64,000 nucleotides of DNA from Acidobacteriaceae bacterium (GTDB lineage: Bacteria > Acidobacteriota > Terriglobia > Terriglobales > Acidobacteriaceae): positions 6,898 through 70,897 of the forward strand of contig DASZAG010000131.1 of NCBI GenBank assembly GCA_035945555.1, written 5' to 3'. The position numbers and the translations under genes are program-made. Below the pieces are notes generated by a model. It was not told the origin of the DNA. It ran no database searches and saw only the letters and a list, made by a program, of their open reading frames with translations. This document shows positions 47,366 to 55,605 of this stretch, in pieces. Each line of letters opens with the position of its first letter. The first letter of the stretch is position 1.

Positions 47366-48510
47366 GTATCCCGAACTCGATGCTGACCAGCGGCCTTGCC
47401 GTTCTTCCCTAACACAGACCCTCTCGGATAGCTCGTCGATTGCCGCACTATCAGCCGGGTCGAGATAATCCGAGGCACGCGGTTGTCCGGCGTCTCTCGA
47501 ACCGCGCGCAGCGATTCAAACGCTTCCCGTGCGATCTCTTTCCGGGACATTTGCACCGTTGTCAACGGAGGATAGACAAACTCCGACAGATGCACATCGT
47601 CAAAGCCAATCACCGAGATCTCGTCCGGAACCTTCACGCCGGCGCGCGACAGCACCCGCAATGCGCCAATGGCTGTCATATCGTTGGAGCACATTATAGC
47701 TGTTGGCAGATCCTGCCTCTCCAGCAGCTTCTCCACCGCAGACATACCGCCCTCGAGGGTGTGGTCCCCTTCCAGCAGCCAGGTCTTGTTTGGGGTTACG
47801 CCGATCTCATCCATCGACTTGAGGAAAGCGGCTTTGCGTAGCTCCGATGAACGTTGACGCAGAGGACCACTGATAAACCCCACGTCTCGGTGTCCTAGTG
47901 CTGCCAAATGCTGTACTCCCTCGCGAATGCCCTTGTGGTAATCCACCATCAGCGCGCGACCCAACGGTTGCGGTGGCGCCGTGTCCATGTAAACCATCGG
48001 AACGTCCCGCGAGGCCAGCTCATCCAGCACCGGCTGCTCAATGCCGAAGGTCATCACTGCAACTCCCTCTACGTTTCGCTCAAGCATCCTTCGCACGCAC
48101 ACATCCATGCGCCCCAGGTCATAGCTGGTCGAGCCGATGAGTATCTCGTAGCCATTGCTGACTGCGACCTCTTCAAAACCCTGAATCAACTCAGGGAAAA
48201 ATGGGTTGGTAATCTCCGAAATCAGCAGCCCGAATAGGCGACTGCGTCCGGAAACCAGGGACCGTGCCTGAGTGTTTGGGAAGTAGTTCAATGCGTCAAT
48301 GGATTTCCACACCCGTTCGGCAAGCTGTTTGTCGACGGTGGGCACCCCGTTGATGGTGCGGGAGACTGTTGCGATAGAAACGCGAGCATGTTTGGCAACA
48401 TCGCGGATATCGAGACGACGCTTGCGTTTCTTGGCTGACTGGGGAGCTTTTTTTGCGGGCACTGAAACCACTTTCTCTTGACTTGCCCAGTGTAAAGCGC
48501 ATACCTTCAA
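47353..48510 (-). CDS. LacI-family transcriptional regulator (probable arabinose-locus repressor)
   Basis: The HTH is IRDVAKHARVSIATVSRTINGVPTVDKQLAERVWKSIDALNYFPNTQARSL. A periplasmic-binding-protein-like effector domain follows. It is divergent from araD. The exact start is uncertain (ATG 48510 or an internal GTG). Confidence 0.88.
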   Translation of the reverse strand: MKVCALHWASQEKVVSVPAKKAPQSAKKRKRRLDIRDVAKHARVSIATVSRTINGVPTVDKQLAERVWKSIDALNYFPNTQARSLVSGRSRLFGLLISEITNPFFPELIQGFEEVAVSNGYEILIGSTSYDLGRMDVCVRRMLERNVEGVAVMTFGIEQPVLDELASRDVPMVYMDTAPPQPLGRALMVDYHKGIREGVQHLAALGHRDVGFISGPLRQRSSELRKAAFLKSMDEIGVTPNKTWLLEGDHTLEGGMSAVEKLLERQDLPTAIMCSNDMTAIGALRVLSRAGVKVPDEISVIGFDDVHLSEFVYPPLTTVQMSRKEIAREAFESLRAVRETPDNRVPRIISTRLIVRQSTSYPRGSVLGKNGKAAGQHRVRDTVSV

Positions 48511-48517
48511 ATTTCCA

Positions 48518-48529
48518 GTAAACGTTTGC
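48518..48529. promoter_or_regulatory. Candidate LacI-type operator (GTAAACGTTTGC)
   Basis: It is a palindrome around a central CG with 10 of 12 positions symmetric (core AAACGTTT is perfect). This is the typical LacI-family operator architecture. It lies in the divergent lacI-araD intergenic region. Confidence 0.45.
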
Positions 48530-48546
48530 CAAAGAAATCCTGGTAA

Positions 48547-48560
48547 ATCGCTTTAGCGAT
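48547..48560. promoter_or_regulatory. Second candidate operator (ATCGCTTTAGCGAT)
   Basis: 6-bp perfect inverted arms ATCGCT/AGCGAT separated by TT, 42 nt upstream of the araD start. Confidence 0.35.
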
Positions 48561-48601
48561 ATGGCAATATTGATTCTCAGAAGAATCGGGGGCGAATTAT
48601 A

Positions 48602-49291
48602 GTGCTTGAACAACTCAGAGCGGAGGTCCTGGAGGCCAACCTGGAAATTGTGCGCCGCGGACTTGTGCTCTACACCTTCGGCAACGCCAGCGGAATCGAC
48701 CGCGCATCAGGACTCGTCGCCATTAAGCCAAGCGGCGTTCCCTATGAATCGATGAAGCCTTCAGATCTCGTCGTTACCGACTTGAACGGAAAAATTGTGG
48801 AGGGTACGTTGCGTCCTTCCTCTGACCTCGCAACGCACCTGCATCTCTACCGCGAGTTCCCTTCTATCGGCGGGGTTGTCCACACCCATTCCGAGTACGC
48901 AACGGCATGGGCGCAGGCGGGACGTCCTATTCCCGCCTACGGAACTACCCACGCGGATTATTTCTACGGCCCAGTCCCTGTCACCGATGAGCTTTCCGAC
49001 GAGGACATCGGTGGCGACTATGTTCTGAACACTGGAATTGCAATCACGCGCCGATTTGAGGGGCTGGATCCCGCGGCTGTTCCCGGCGTTCTCGTACGTG
49101 GTCACGCTCCTTTCGCATGGGGCACAACGCCTATAGATGCCGCTCACAACGCCGTCGTGCTTGAGGCCGTTGCGCGCATGGGTTACTACACCACAACCCT
49201 GAATGCGGCCTGCAAAGGAGTTTCTCAAGCATTGCTCGACCGCCACTATTTCCGTAAACACGGCGCTAAAGCCACCTACGGGCAGCAATAA
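48602..49291 (+). CDS. araD: L-ribulose-5-phosphate 4-epimerase
   Basis: It resembles E. coli AraD along its full length as I recall that sequence. Matching blocks are MLEQLRAEVLEANLEI, TFGNASGIDR, IKPSGVPY, PSSDLATHLHLYREFPSIGGVVHTHS, GTTHADYFYG, GHAPFAWG and HYFRKHGAKATYGQ. Confidence 0.92.
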   Translation: MLEQLRAEVLEANLEIVRRGLVLYTFGNASGIDRASGLVAIKPSGVPYESMKPSDLVVTDLNGKIVEGTLRPSSDLATHLHLYREFPSIGGVVHTHSEYATAWAQAGRPIPAYGTTHADYFYGPVPVTDELSDEDIGGDYVLNTGIAITRRFEGLDPAAVPGVLVRGHAPFAWGTTPIDAAHNAVVLEAVARMGYYTTTLNAACKGVSQALLDRHYFRKHGAKATYGQQ

Positions 49292-49339
49292 TTCATCTGT
49301 GTATCCGCGTTTTTATCGCACACTGTTGAGGACACCCGA

Positions 49340-51067
49340 TTGATCGAACCAGCAAGCCTACTCGCAGCCGCCTCCGCAATCACGCCGAGAGTGCAACTTG
49401 TTCACCTGAACGCTGTGGACATCGCGGTGATTGCGATTTACTTCGCCATCGTCATTTACATCGGCTTTTACCTAAAGGGCGTTTCCAACACCAGCGAAGA
49501 CTTCTTTATGGCTGGGCGCGAAATGACCGCATGGATCGCCGGCCTCAGCTTCGTTTCTGCCAACCTCGGCTCGCTTGAGCTCATGGGATGGGCGGGCTCG
49601 GCGTATCAATATGGTATTCTCGCCGCGCACTGGTACTGGATCGGCGCAATTCCAGCCATGCTCTTCCTCGGCATCATCATGATGCCGTTCTATTACATCT
49701 CCAAGGTCAACTCCGTTCCTGGTTACCTAAACCTGCGTTACGGCAAGGCTACGCGCGCCCTTTCAGGCATCACATTCGCGTTCATGACGGTGCTGATGAG
49801 CGGCATCAACATGTACGCTATGGCGCTCGTCATGAAGGTCGTCCTTGGCTGGAACCTCAACTTCAGCATTTGGCTCTCAACCGCGACAGTCGCCCTTTAT
49901 GTGATCCTCGGTGGACTGCGATCAGCGATTTTCAATGAGGTTCTCCAATTCCTGCTCATCTGGGCCGGGGCACTTCTTGTGCCGATTCTCGGTCTCGTTG
50001 AAGTTGGCAGCTGGGGAAACCTCAAGCACCGGATCATCCACAACATGGGCAATGCCCAGTATGTGCATCTGTGGCAGGGGCTCGGCCACTTCAACACGAA
50101 CTCTATGGGCGTGAACTGGGTTGGCATCGTCTTCGGCTTGGGCCTTGTTATTAGCTTTGGATATTGGACGACTGACTTCCTCGTCGTTCAGCGCGTCCTC
50201 TCCGCAAATAATCTGCGCTCCGCGCGTCTGGCTCCGATTATTGGTGCGGGATTCAAAATGTGCATCCCGTTCTTCGTAATTCTGCCCGGCCTGCTCGCAC
50301 TTTCCGTGTTGCCGTTCCATCTTGTCGGTCAGTCGGTCGCCGTTGCAACCGGTCAGCACAGCTATAACGAGGTGCTGCCGCTCATGCTGGTACGCTACTG
50401 CGGCCCTGGGCTGCTCGGCCTGGGTGTCACAGCTCTCATCGCTGGATTCATGTCCGGCATGGCTGGAAACGTGAGCGCCTTCTCCACCGTCTGGACCTAC
50501 GACATCTACGGGGCCTTCCTGAATACCGACGCTTCCGACGAGCACTACGTTTCGATGGGCCGCTGGAGCATGTTTATCGGCGTACTCATTTCTGTGGGCA
50601 CCGCATACCTCGTGCAACACGCCGCAAGCATCATGGATTACGTCCAGAGCCTCTTCAGCTTCTTCATTGCGCCGCTCTTCGGAACCGTAATTCTGGGCAT
50701 GCTCTGGAAGCGCGCCACTAAAGCCGGCGGTTTCTGGGGACTGCTCTCCGGTACCTGCACAGCGATTGGATTGTGGGAATGGGTTCGAGTTGACCCCAGT
50801 GCCCTGCGCTATGTCGCACTTTCACCCGATGCGAAAGCCATGGCCCAGGACCTCTATCGTGCGCTCTGGTCTTGGCTGGTCTGCATTATCGTCACTGTGA
50901 TTGTCAGCTACGCTACCAAACCTCGGCCCGAGGCCGAGTTGGAAGGCTTGGTCTATGGGGCTACGAAGATTCCGGAAGAACATGATGACCACTGGTATCA
51001 GAAACCAATCGTCTGGGCGGGCTTTATCGCTGCTGTATTCGTATTTCTCAACATCTACTTCTGGTAA
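49340..51067 (+). CDS. Sodium:solute symporter family (SSF/SGLT-like) sugar transporter
   Basis: It has about 14 TM helices. Matching blocks are FFMAGREMTAW, SANLGSLELMG and GGLRSAIFNEVLQF, typical of SSF transporters. It is located in the arabinose locus. Confidence 0.8.
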   Translation: MIEPASLLAAASAITPRVQLVHLNAVDIAVIAIYFAIVIYIGFYLKGVSNTSEDFFMAGREMTAWIAGLSFVSANLGSLELMGWAGSAYQYGILAAHWYWIGAIPAMLFLGIIMMPFYYISKVNSVPGYLNLRYGKATRALSGITFAFMTVLMSGINMYAMALVMKVVLGWNLNFSIWLSTATVALYVILGGLRSAIFNEVLQFLLIWAGALLVPILGLVEVGSWGNLKHRIIHNMGNAQYVHLWQGLGHFNTNSMGVNWVGIVFGLGLVISFGYWTTDFLVVQRVLSANNLRSARLAPIIGAGFKMCIPFFVILPGLLALSVLPFHLVGQSVAVATGQHSYNEVLPLMLVRYCGPGLLGLGVTALIAGFMSGMAGNVSAFSTVWTYDIYGAFLNTDASDEHYVSMGRWSMFIGVLISVGTAYLVQHAASIMDYVQSLFSFFIAPLFGTVILGMLWKRATKAGGFWGLLSGTCTAIGLWEWVRVDPSALRYVALSPDAKAMAQDLYRALWSWLVCIIVTVIVSYATKPRPEAELEGLVYGATKIPEEHDDHWYQKPIVWAGFIAAVFVFLNIYFW

Positions 51068-51078
51068 AGGAGAATCCA

Positions 51079-51288
51079 ATGCGCGAAATGTCTATCTGGT
51101 TCTTCAGCGGCGTGCTTTTCCTTGTCTATGGTGTAATCATCACCGCATCCGGCATCTACGAATTGAGTCATCCACTCGCTCATCCCCCGGTGCTCTCGAA
51201 CCTGCATGCGTCGATTTGGTGGGGCGCGATGATGGCCGTAGCCGGGCTGGTCTATACAATCCGCTTTTGGCCGCGCCACAAACGCTAG
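51079..51288 (+). CDS. Small two-TM membrane protein following the symporter
   Basis: A strong AAGGAG RBS lies 6 nt upstream. There are two hydrophobic helices (IWFFSGVLFLVYGVIITASGI and IWWGAMMAVAGLVYTIRFW). It starts 11 nt after the transporter stop. Confidence 0.55.
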   Translation: MREMSIWFFSGVLFLVYGVIITASGIYELSHPLAHPPVLSNLHASIWWGAMMAVAGLVYTIRFWPRHKR

Positions 51289-51334
51289 AGACTGAATTCA
51301 ATCCTTCACAGATACTTCATCCATAAAGGCAAAA

Positions 51335-52753
51335 ATGAAAAAGCAACTTACATTCGGACTAATCGTAGGAAATCGCGGATTCTTCCCTGACCATCTGGCC
51401 AAGGAGGGGCGTGATGAGATGCTCGGCGTCCTGAAGAAGGCCGGTGTCAACGTAGTGACGCTGAGCATGGAAGAGTCGAAGTACGGTGCTGTAGAAACGC
51501 ACGAGGAGGCACGCCGCTGCGGTGATCTCTTCCGCAAGCACCGCGACCAGATCGATGGCATTATCGTTACGCTCCCTAATTTCGGAGACGAACGCGGCAT
51601 CGCCGACGCTATTCGCTACTCTACGCTCCGCGTGCCGGTGCTGGTGCAGGCTACGCCCGACCGCAAAGACATTATGAAGATTTCCCACCGCCGCGACAGC
51701 TTCTGCGGCAAGATGTCCGCCTGCAACAATCTCATGCAGTACGGCATTCCCTATTCCATCACCCGGCAGCACACCGTTCAGCCCGACTCCGATGCTTTCC
51801 GCAAAGACCTCGATTGGTTCTCTGCTGTGTGCCGCGTTGTGGATGGCTTCCGCAATCTTCGTATTTGCGCGCTCGGCGCACGCCCGCAGGCATTCAATAC
51901 CGTTCGCTACAGCGAAAAGCTGTTAGAACGCTCCGGGATTTCCGTAATCACCATCGACCTGTCAGAGGTTCTCGGCCGCATCGACCGGATGAAGGACAAC
52001 GATGATGCCGCGCAGCAGAAACTCGCCCTCATTCGTAAATACGTCGAGACAGGCCACGTGCCCGAAGCTGCTCTCATGAAGATGGCAAAACTCGGTGCCT
52101 CCATCGACTCCTTCATGAGCGAGACACAGAGCACCATCTCAGCCGTGCAGTGCTGGACTGCCCTCGAAGAATTCTTCGGCGTGGTTCCCTGCACCGTCAT
52201 GAGCATGATGAGCGAGCAATTGCTGCCCTCCGCATGCGAAACCGACGTGATGGGCACTCTTTCCATGCACGCGCTCGCCCTGGCCAGCCAAACCCCCAGC
52301 GCGCTGCTCGACTGGAACAATAACTACGGAGACGATCCCGACAAGGCCGTGTGCTTCCACTGCGCTAACCTGCCCAAGCATTTCTTTGCCGATGTCATCA
52401 TGGACTTTCAGGCCATCATTGCCGGAACCGTGGGTAAGGAGAACACCTACGGCACGGTCGTTGGCCGCGTGAAGGCCGGCGATATGTCCTACTGCCGCTT
52501 CTCCACTGATGAATTCACTGGCAAAATTCGCGGCTACGTTGGCCAGGGCGAATTCACCAAGGATCCGCTCGAAACCTTTGGCGGCGCGGGCGTCGTCCGT
52601 ATTCCCAAAATGCAGAAACTCCTGCGCTACATATGCGAGACCGGCTTTGAGCATCACGTTGCGGCGAACTTTTCGAAGACCGCCAGCCCGGTCTTCGAGG
52701 CGGCATCGCGCTATCTCGGTTGGGAAATGTATCATCACGAGTCCGAAGAATAG
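51335..52753 (+). CDS. L-fucose/L-arabinose isomerase family protein (FucI-like, non-canonical; probable L-arabinose isomerase by context)
   Basis: At 472 aa, it begins MKKQLTFGLIVGNRGFFPDHLAKEGR, which resembles short FucI-related isomerases rather than canonical AraA. It sits between araD/transporter and araB. Confidence 0.55.
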   Translation: MKKQLTFGLIVGNRGFFPDHLAKEGRDEMLGVLKKAGVNVVTLSMEESKYGAVETHEEARRCGDLFRKHRDQIDGIIVTLPNFGDERGIADAIRYSTLRVPVLVQATPDRKDIMKISHRRDSFCGKMSACNNLMQYGIPYSITRQHTVQPDSDAFRKDLDWFSAVCRVVDGFRNLRICALGARPQAFNTVRYSEKLLERSGISVITIDLSEVLGRIDRMKDNDDAAQQKLALIRKYVETGHVPEAALMKMAKLGASIDSFMSETQSTISAVQCWTALEEFFGVVPCTVMSMMSEQLLPSACETDVMGTLSMHALALASQTPSALLDWNNNYGDDPDKAVCFHCANLPKHFFADVIMDFQAIIAGTVGKENTYGTVVGRVKAGDMSYCRFSTDEFTGKIRGYVGQGEFTKDPLETFGGAGVVRIPKMQKLLRYICETGFEHHVAANFSKTASPVFEAASRYLGWEMYHHESEE

Positions 52754-52851
52754 ACTCGGCATGGCGCTTGAAAGGGGCTGCGGCGGCGGCCTCTTTTCAG
52801 TTACTCTTGATAAAACGTTTTCACATCATCTCAGCCAAGGAGCAAGTCACG

Positions 52852-54426
52852 GTGGCCATCGTCGCAGGCGTGGATTTCGGAACTCTAAGTGTGCGCGTCA
52901 CACTGCTCGACAGCAGGCGCGGACGCCTCAGCACCGCATCCGCCGAGTATCCGCTCAAGCGCAAGCGCGAAGATCCCGACTACGCGACTCAATCACACGC
53001 CGACCAGATGAGTGCGTTAGCCCAGGCCACGCGAAAAGCCATCAGCGAAGCCGGCATTAACGGCGAGCAGGTCGAAGCTATCGCCCTCGACACTACCGGG
53101 TCCAGCGTTGTTCCCGTCGCGGCCAATCTTGAACCACTGGACGACTATTATCTCTGGTGCGATCACCGCGCCAAGGAGGAAGCCCAGCAGATTACCGCTC
53201 TCGCCCACGCCGAAGACCTTGAGGCAATACAGTGGTGCGGCGGCGTCTACTCCCACGAGTGGGGCTTTGCCAAACTACTTCATTGGCTGCGCCACAATCC
53301 CGAAAAGCGCCAAAACTTTGCTACCGCGTTCGAACACTGCGATATGGTGGCCGCTACGTTGTCCGGCATCACCGACGCGAACAAAGTGAAACGTAGCGTC
53401 TGCGCCATGGGCCACAAATGGATGTGGAACCCAAAATGGGGCGGCCTGCCGCCGCAGGAATTCTTCACAAAGCTCGATCCGCTATTTGAAGGCATCCGCG
53501 CTCGTTTTGACGGCGAATACCGCACTTCTGACCACATCGCTGGCCATCTTGCCCGGCAGTGGGCTGAGAAACTCGGCCTTCGCGCTGGAATCCCCATTCC
53601 CGTCGGCGCATTCGACGCCCACTGGGATGCTGTCGGCGTCGGCTGCCGTGAGGGTGATGCCGTCAACGTCGTTGGCACCTCAACATGCATCATCGCAATG
53701 GAAAAGAAAGCCACTCTGGTGCCCGGAGTTTGCGGAGTCGTCCCAGGCAGCGTGCATCCGCATTTCACCGGCGTCGAAGCCGGCCTCTCAGCCACGGGTG
53801 ACATCTTTGAGGCCATCGCTCGCCGCGCCGGAATCAAGGTCTCCGCTCTTTCCCAGGGGCTTGAAAATTATCGCGCCGGACAAACCGGCCTGCTGCGCCT
53901 GAGCTGGGACAATGGCGATCGCACCGTGCTGGTGAACTCAGAACTTGGCGGAGTCACACTCGGTTGGAATCTCGTCCATACCGCGCAGGACGAGCTCTTC
54001 GCCGCAATCGAAGGCACCGCCTTCCACACACGCATTATTCTCGAGCGCATGGCAGATCACGGCGTGCCGGTCGAGCGCATCATCAATGGCGGTGGCATCC
54101 CGCAGAACAACAAAGTGCTAAATCAGGTTTACGCAAACGTCCTCGGCAAACCCGTTCTCGTACCCGACGGAGTCCCCACCAGCCTTGGCTCCGGGATCTT
54201 CGCGTTTCTCGCAGCCAAGATCTACCCTAACGTGGAAGCCGCACAGGACGCCATGTGCCTCGCATTCACCACTTATCAGCCTGAGCCGCAAGCAGTCTCC
54301 ATCTACAACCGCCTGTTCCAACACTATCGGGATCTATATTTTGGTCTCGGAACGAGAACCGCCCCAGCTGTAGCGCTCGGGAACGTACTGCCTGAATTAA
54401 GGAAGATCGCAGCCAAAGTCAGGTAA
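52852..54426 (+). CDS. araB: Ribulokinase (FGGY family)
   Basis: The start was trimmed to the GTG at 52852, which has AAGGAG 10 nt upstream. The sequence VAIVAGVDFGTLSVRV...LDTTGSSVVP...LWCDHRAKEEAQQIT...GGVYSHEWGFAKLLHWLRHNPE resembles E. coli AraB blocks. Confidence 0.88.
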   Translation: MAIVAGVDFGTLSVRVTLLDSRRGRLSTASAEYPLKRKREDPDYATQSHADQMSALAQATRKAISEAGINGEQVEAIALDTTGSSVVPVAANLEPLDDYYLWCDHRAKEEAQQITALAHAEDLEAIQWCGGVYSHEWGFAKLLHWLRHNPEKRQNFATAFEHCDMVAATLSGITDANKVKRSVCAMGHKWMWNPKWGGLPPQEFFTKLDPLFEGIRARFDGEYRTSDHIAGHLARQWAEKLGLRAGIPIPVGAFDAHWDAVGVGCREGDAVNVVGTSTCIIAMEKKATLVPGVCGVVPGSVHPHFTGVEAGLSATGDIFEAIARRAGIKVSALSQGLENYRAGQTGLLRLSWDNGDRTVLVNSELGGVTLGWNLVHTAQDELFAAIEGTAFHTRIILERMADHGVPVERIINGGGIPQNNKVLNQVYANVLGKPVLVPDGVPTSLGSGIFAFLAAKIYPNVEAAQDAMCLAFTTYQPEPQAVSIYNRLFQHYRDLYFGLGTRTAPAVALGNVLPELRKIAAKVR

Positions 54427-54438
54427 CGCGGCACAAAC

Positions 54439-55605
54439 TCACCGCAGCGGTCCCGCATACTTGCGCAGTTCCGGAAGCGGATAATGCGTGCCACGCCACA
54501 CGACGCCGCCACGGATCAGCGTCAGCAGCATCGACCGAATAATCGCATACAACACCAGGCATGCGGCAAACGGGAACGTAAACGCATACCACGCCGCGAT
54601 ACCCGTGTACTGGCGGTAATAGCGGTAGAGAGCAATTAGCGCCAACATCGTCAGAGCCCCCGCGCCGCGCATCCGCCAGGTCCCTGCAAGTGCCGCGAAC
54701 GGCCCCAGGCAAAAGACAATAAGCCCGACGCACGCAACCAGGGTAAGCCATACACGGAACCGGAACGCAGCGAAGAAGTTCTTCGTGATGTTTCTTACCA
54801 TCCCGAATGTACCCACCACCCAGCGTACCCGTACCAGATCGCGGCCAAACGCCACGCGCTGCCGAAAGCCGCGCCGTTTCACCTCAAATCCCAGCCGCAA
54901 ATCTTCCAGCACTTCCATGCGCAGTGCTTCAAAGCCACCAATGCTGCGATACACATCCGCGCGAATCAAGTTGAACGCTCCCACGCCCAGCGACTCCTTG
55001 GCACCCTCTACCGGAATCCTCCAGAATCGCGAAAACAGCGCGGAAATGCCTTGGAAAAACGCGATCATCGCGCGCTCGCCGACGCCTTTCAGAATCAGCG
55101 TTGGGAAAATCACCACATGGTCAGCGCTCTCGGCCTCTGCAAAATTGATGGCCCTGAGCAGCGTGTCTTTCGCAAACAACACATCGCCGTCAGTAAACAG
55201 CAACCAGGGGGCCGTCGCCTGCGCTGCGGCTCTTGCCATTGCATGCGTCTTACCCATCCAGCCCGTTGGAAGCTCGGCAATATGCAGCGCGGTCACGCAT
55301 TCAGCTTCCGCAGCAAGTCGGTCCATGATTTCGCCTGTTGCATCGGTCGACCGGTCATCTACCGCGATGATCTCCATCCGCACACCCTCCGCCGCAAGCA
55401 GTGACCGGAGAGTTGCTTCTATATTTGCAGCCTCATCACGCGCGGGCACAATCACCGCGACAAATGGCTTCTCCTGACGAGTCGCGCCGAATCTCTCGTC
55501 AAGCGCATCTGGAATCCGCGGCAGCTTTCGCAATGCATTCATTGTGGCAACCGCCCACAACAACGCAATCAGCCATGCAACCCCGCCCAACGCAATTTCC
55601 ATCAA
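54439..55605 (-). CDS. Membrane glycosyltransferase family 2
   Basis: An N-terminal TM is followed by VAVIVPARDEAANIEATLRSLL, IIAVDDRSTDATGEI and FTDGDVLF (DxD). C-terminal TM helices are present. Its ATG overlaps the dnaE stop (ATGA). Confidence 0.8.
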   Translation of the reverse strand: MMEIALGGVAWLIALLWAVATMNALRKLPRIPDALDERFGATRQEKPFVAVIVPARDEAANIEATLRSLLAAEGVRMEIIAVDDRSTDATGEIMDRLAAEAECVTALHIAELPTGWMGKTHAMARAAAQATAPWLLFTDGDVLFAKDTLLRAINFAEAESADHVVIFPTLILKGVGERAMIAFFQGISALFSRFWRIPVEGAKESLGVGAFNLIRADVYRSIGGFEALRMEVLEDLRLGFEVKRRGFRQRVAFGRDLVRVRWVVGTFGMVRNITKNFFAAFRFRVWLTLVACVGLIVFCLGPFAALAGTWRMRGAGALTMLALIALYRYYRQYTGIAAWYAFTFPFAACLVLYAIIRSMLLTLIRGGVVWRGTHYPLPELRKYAGPLR

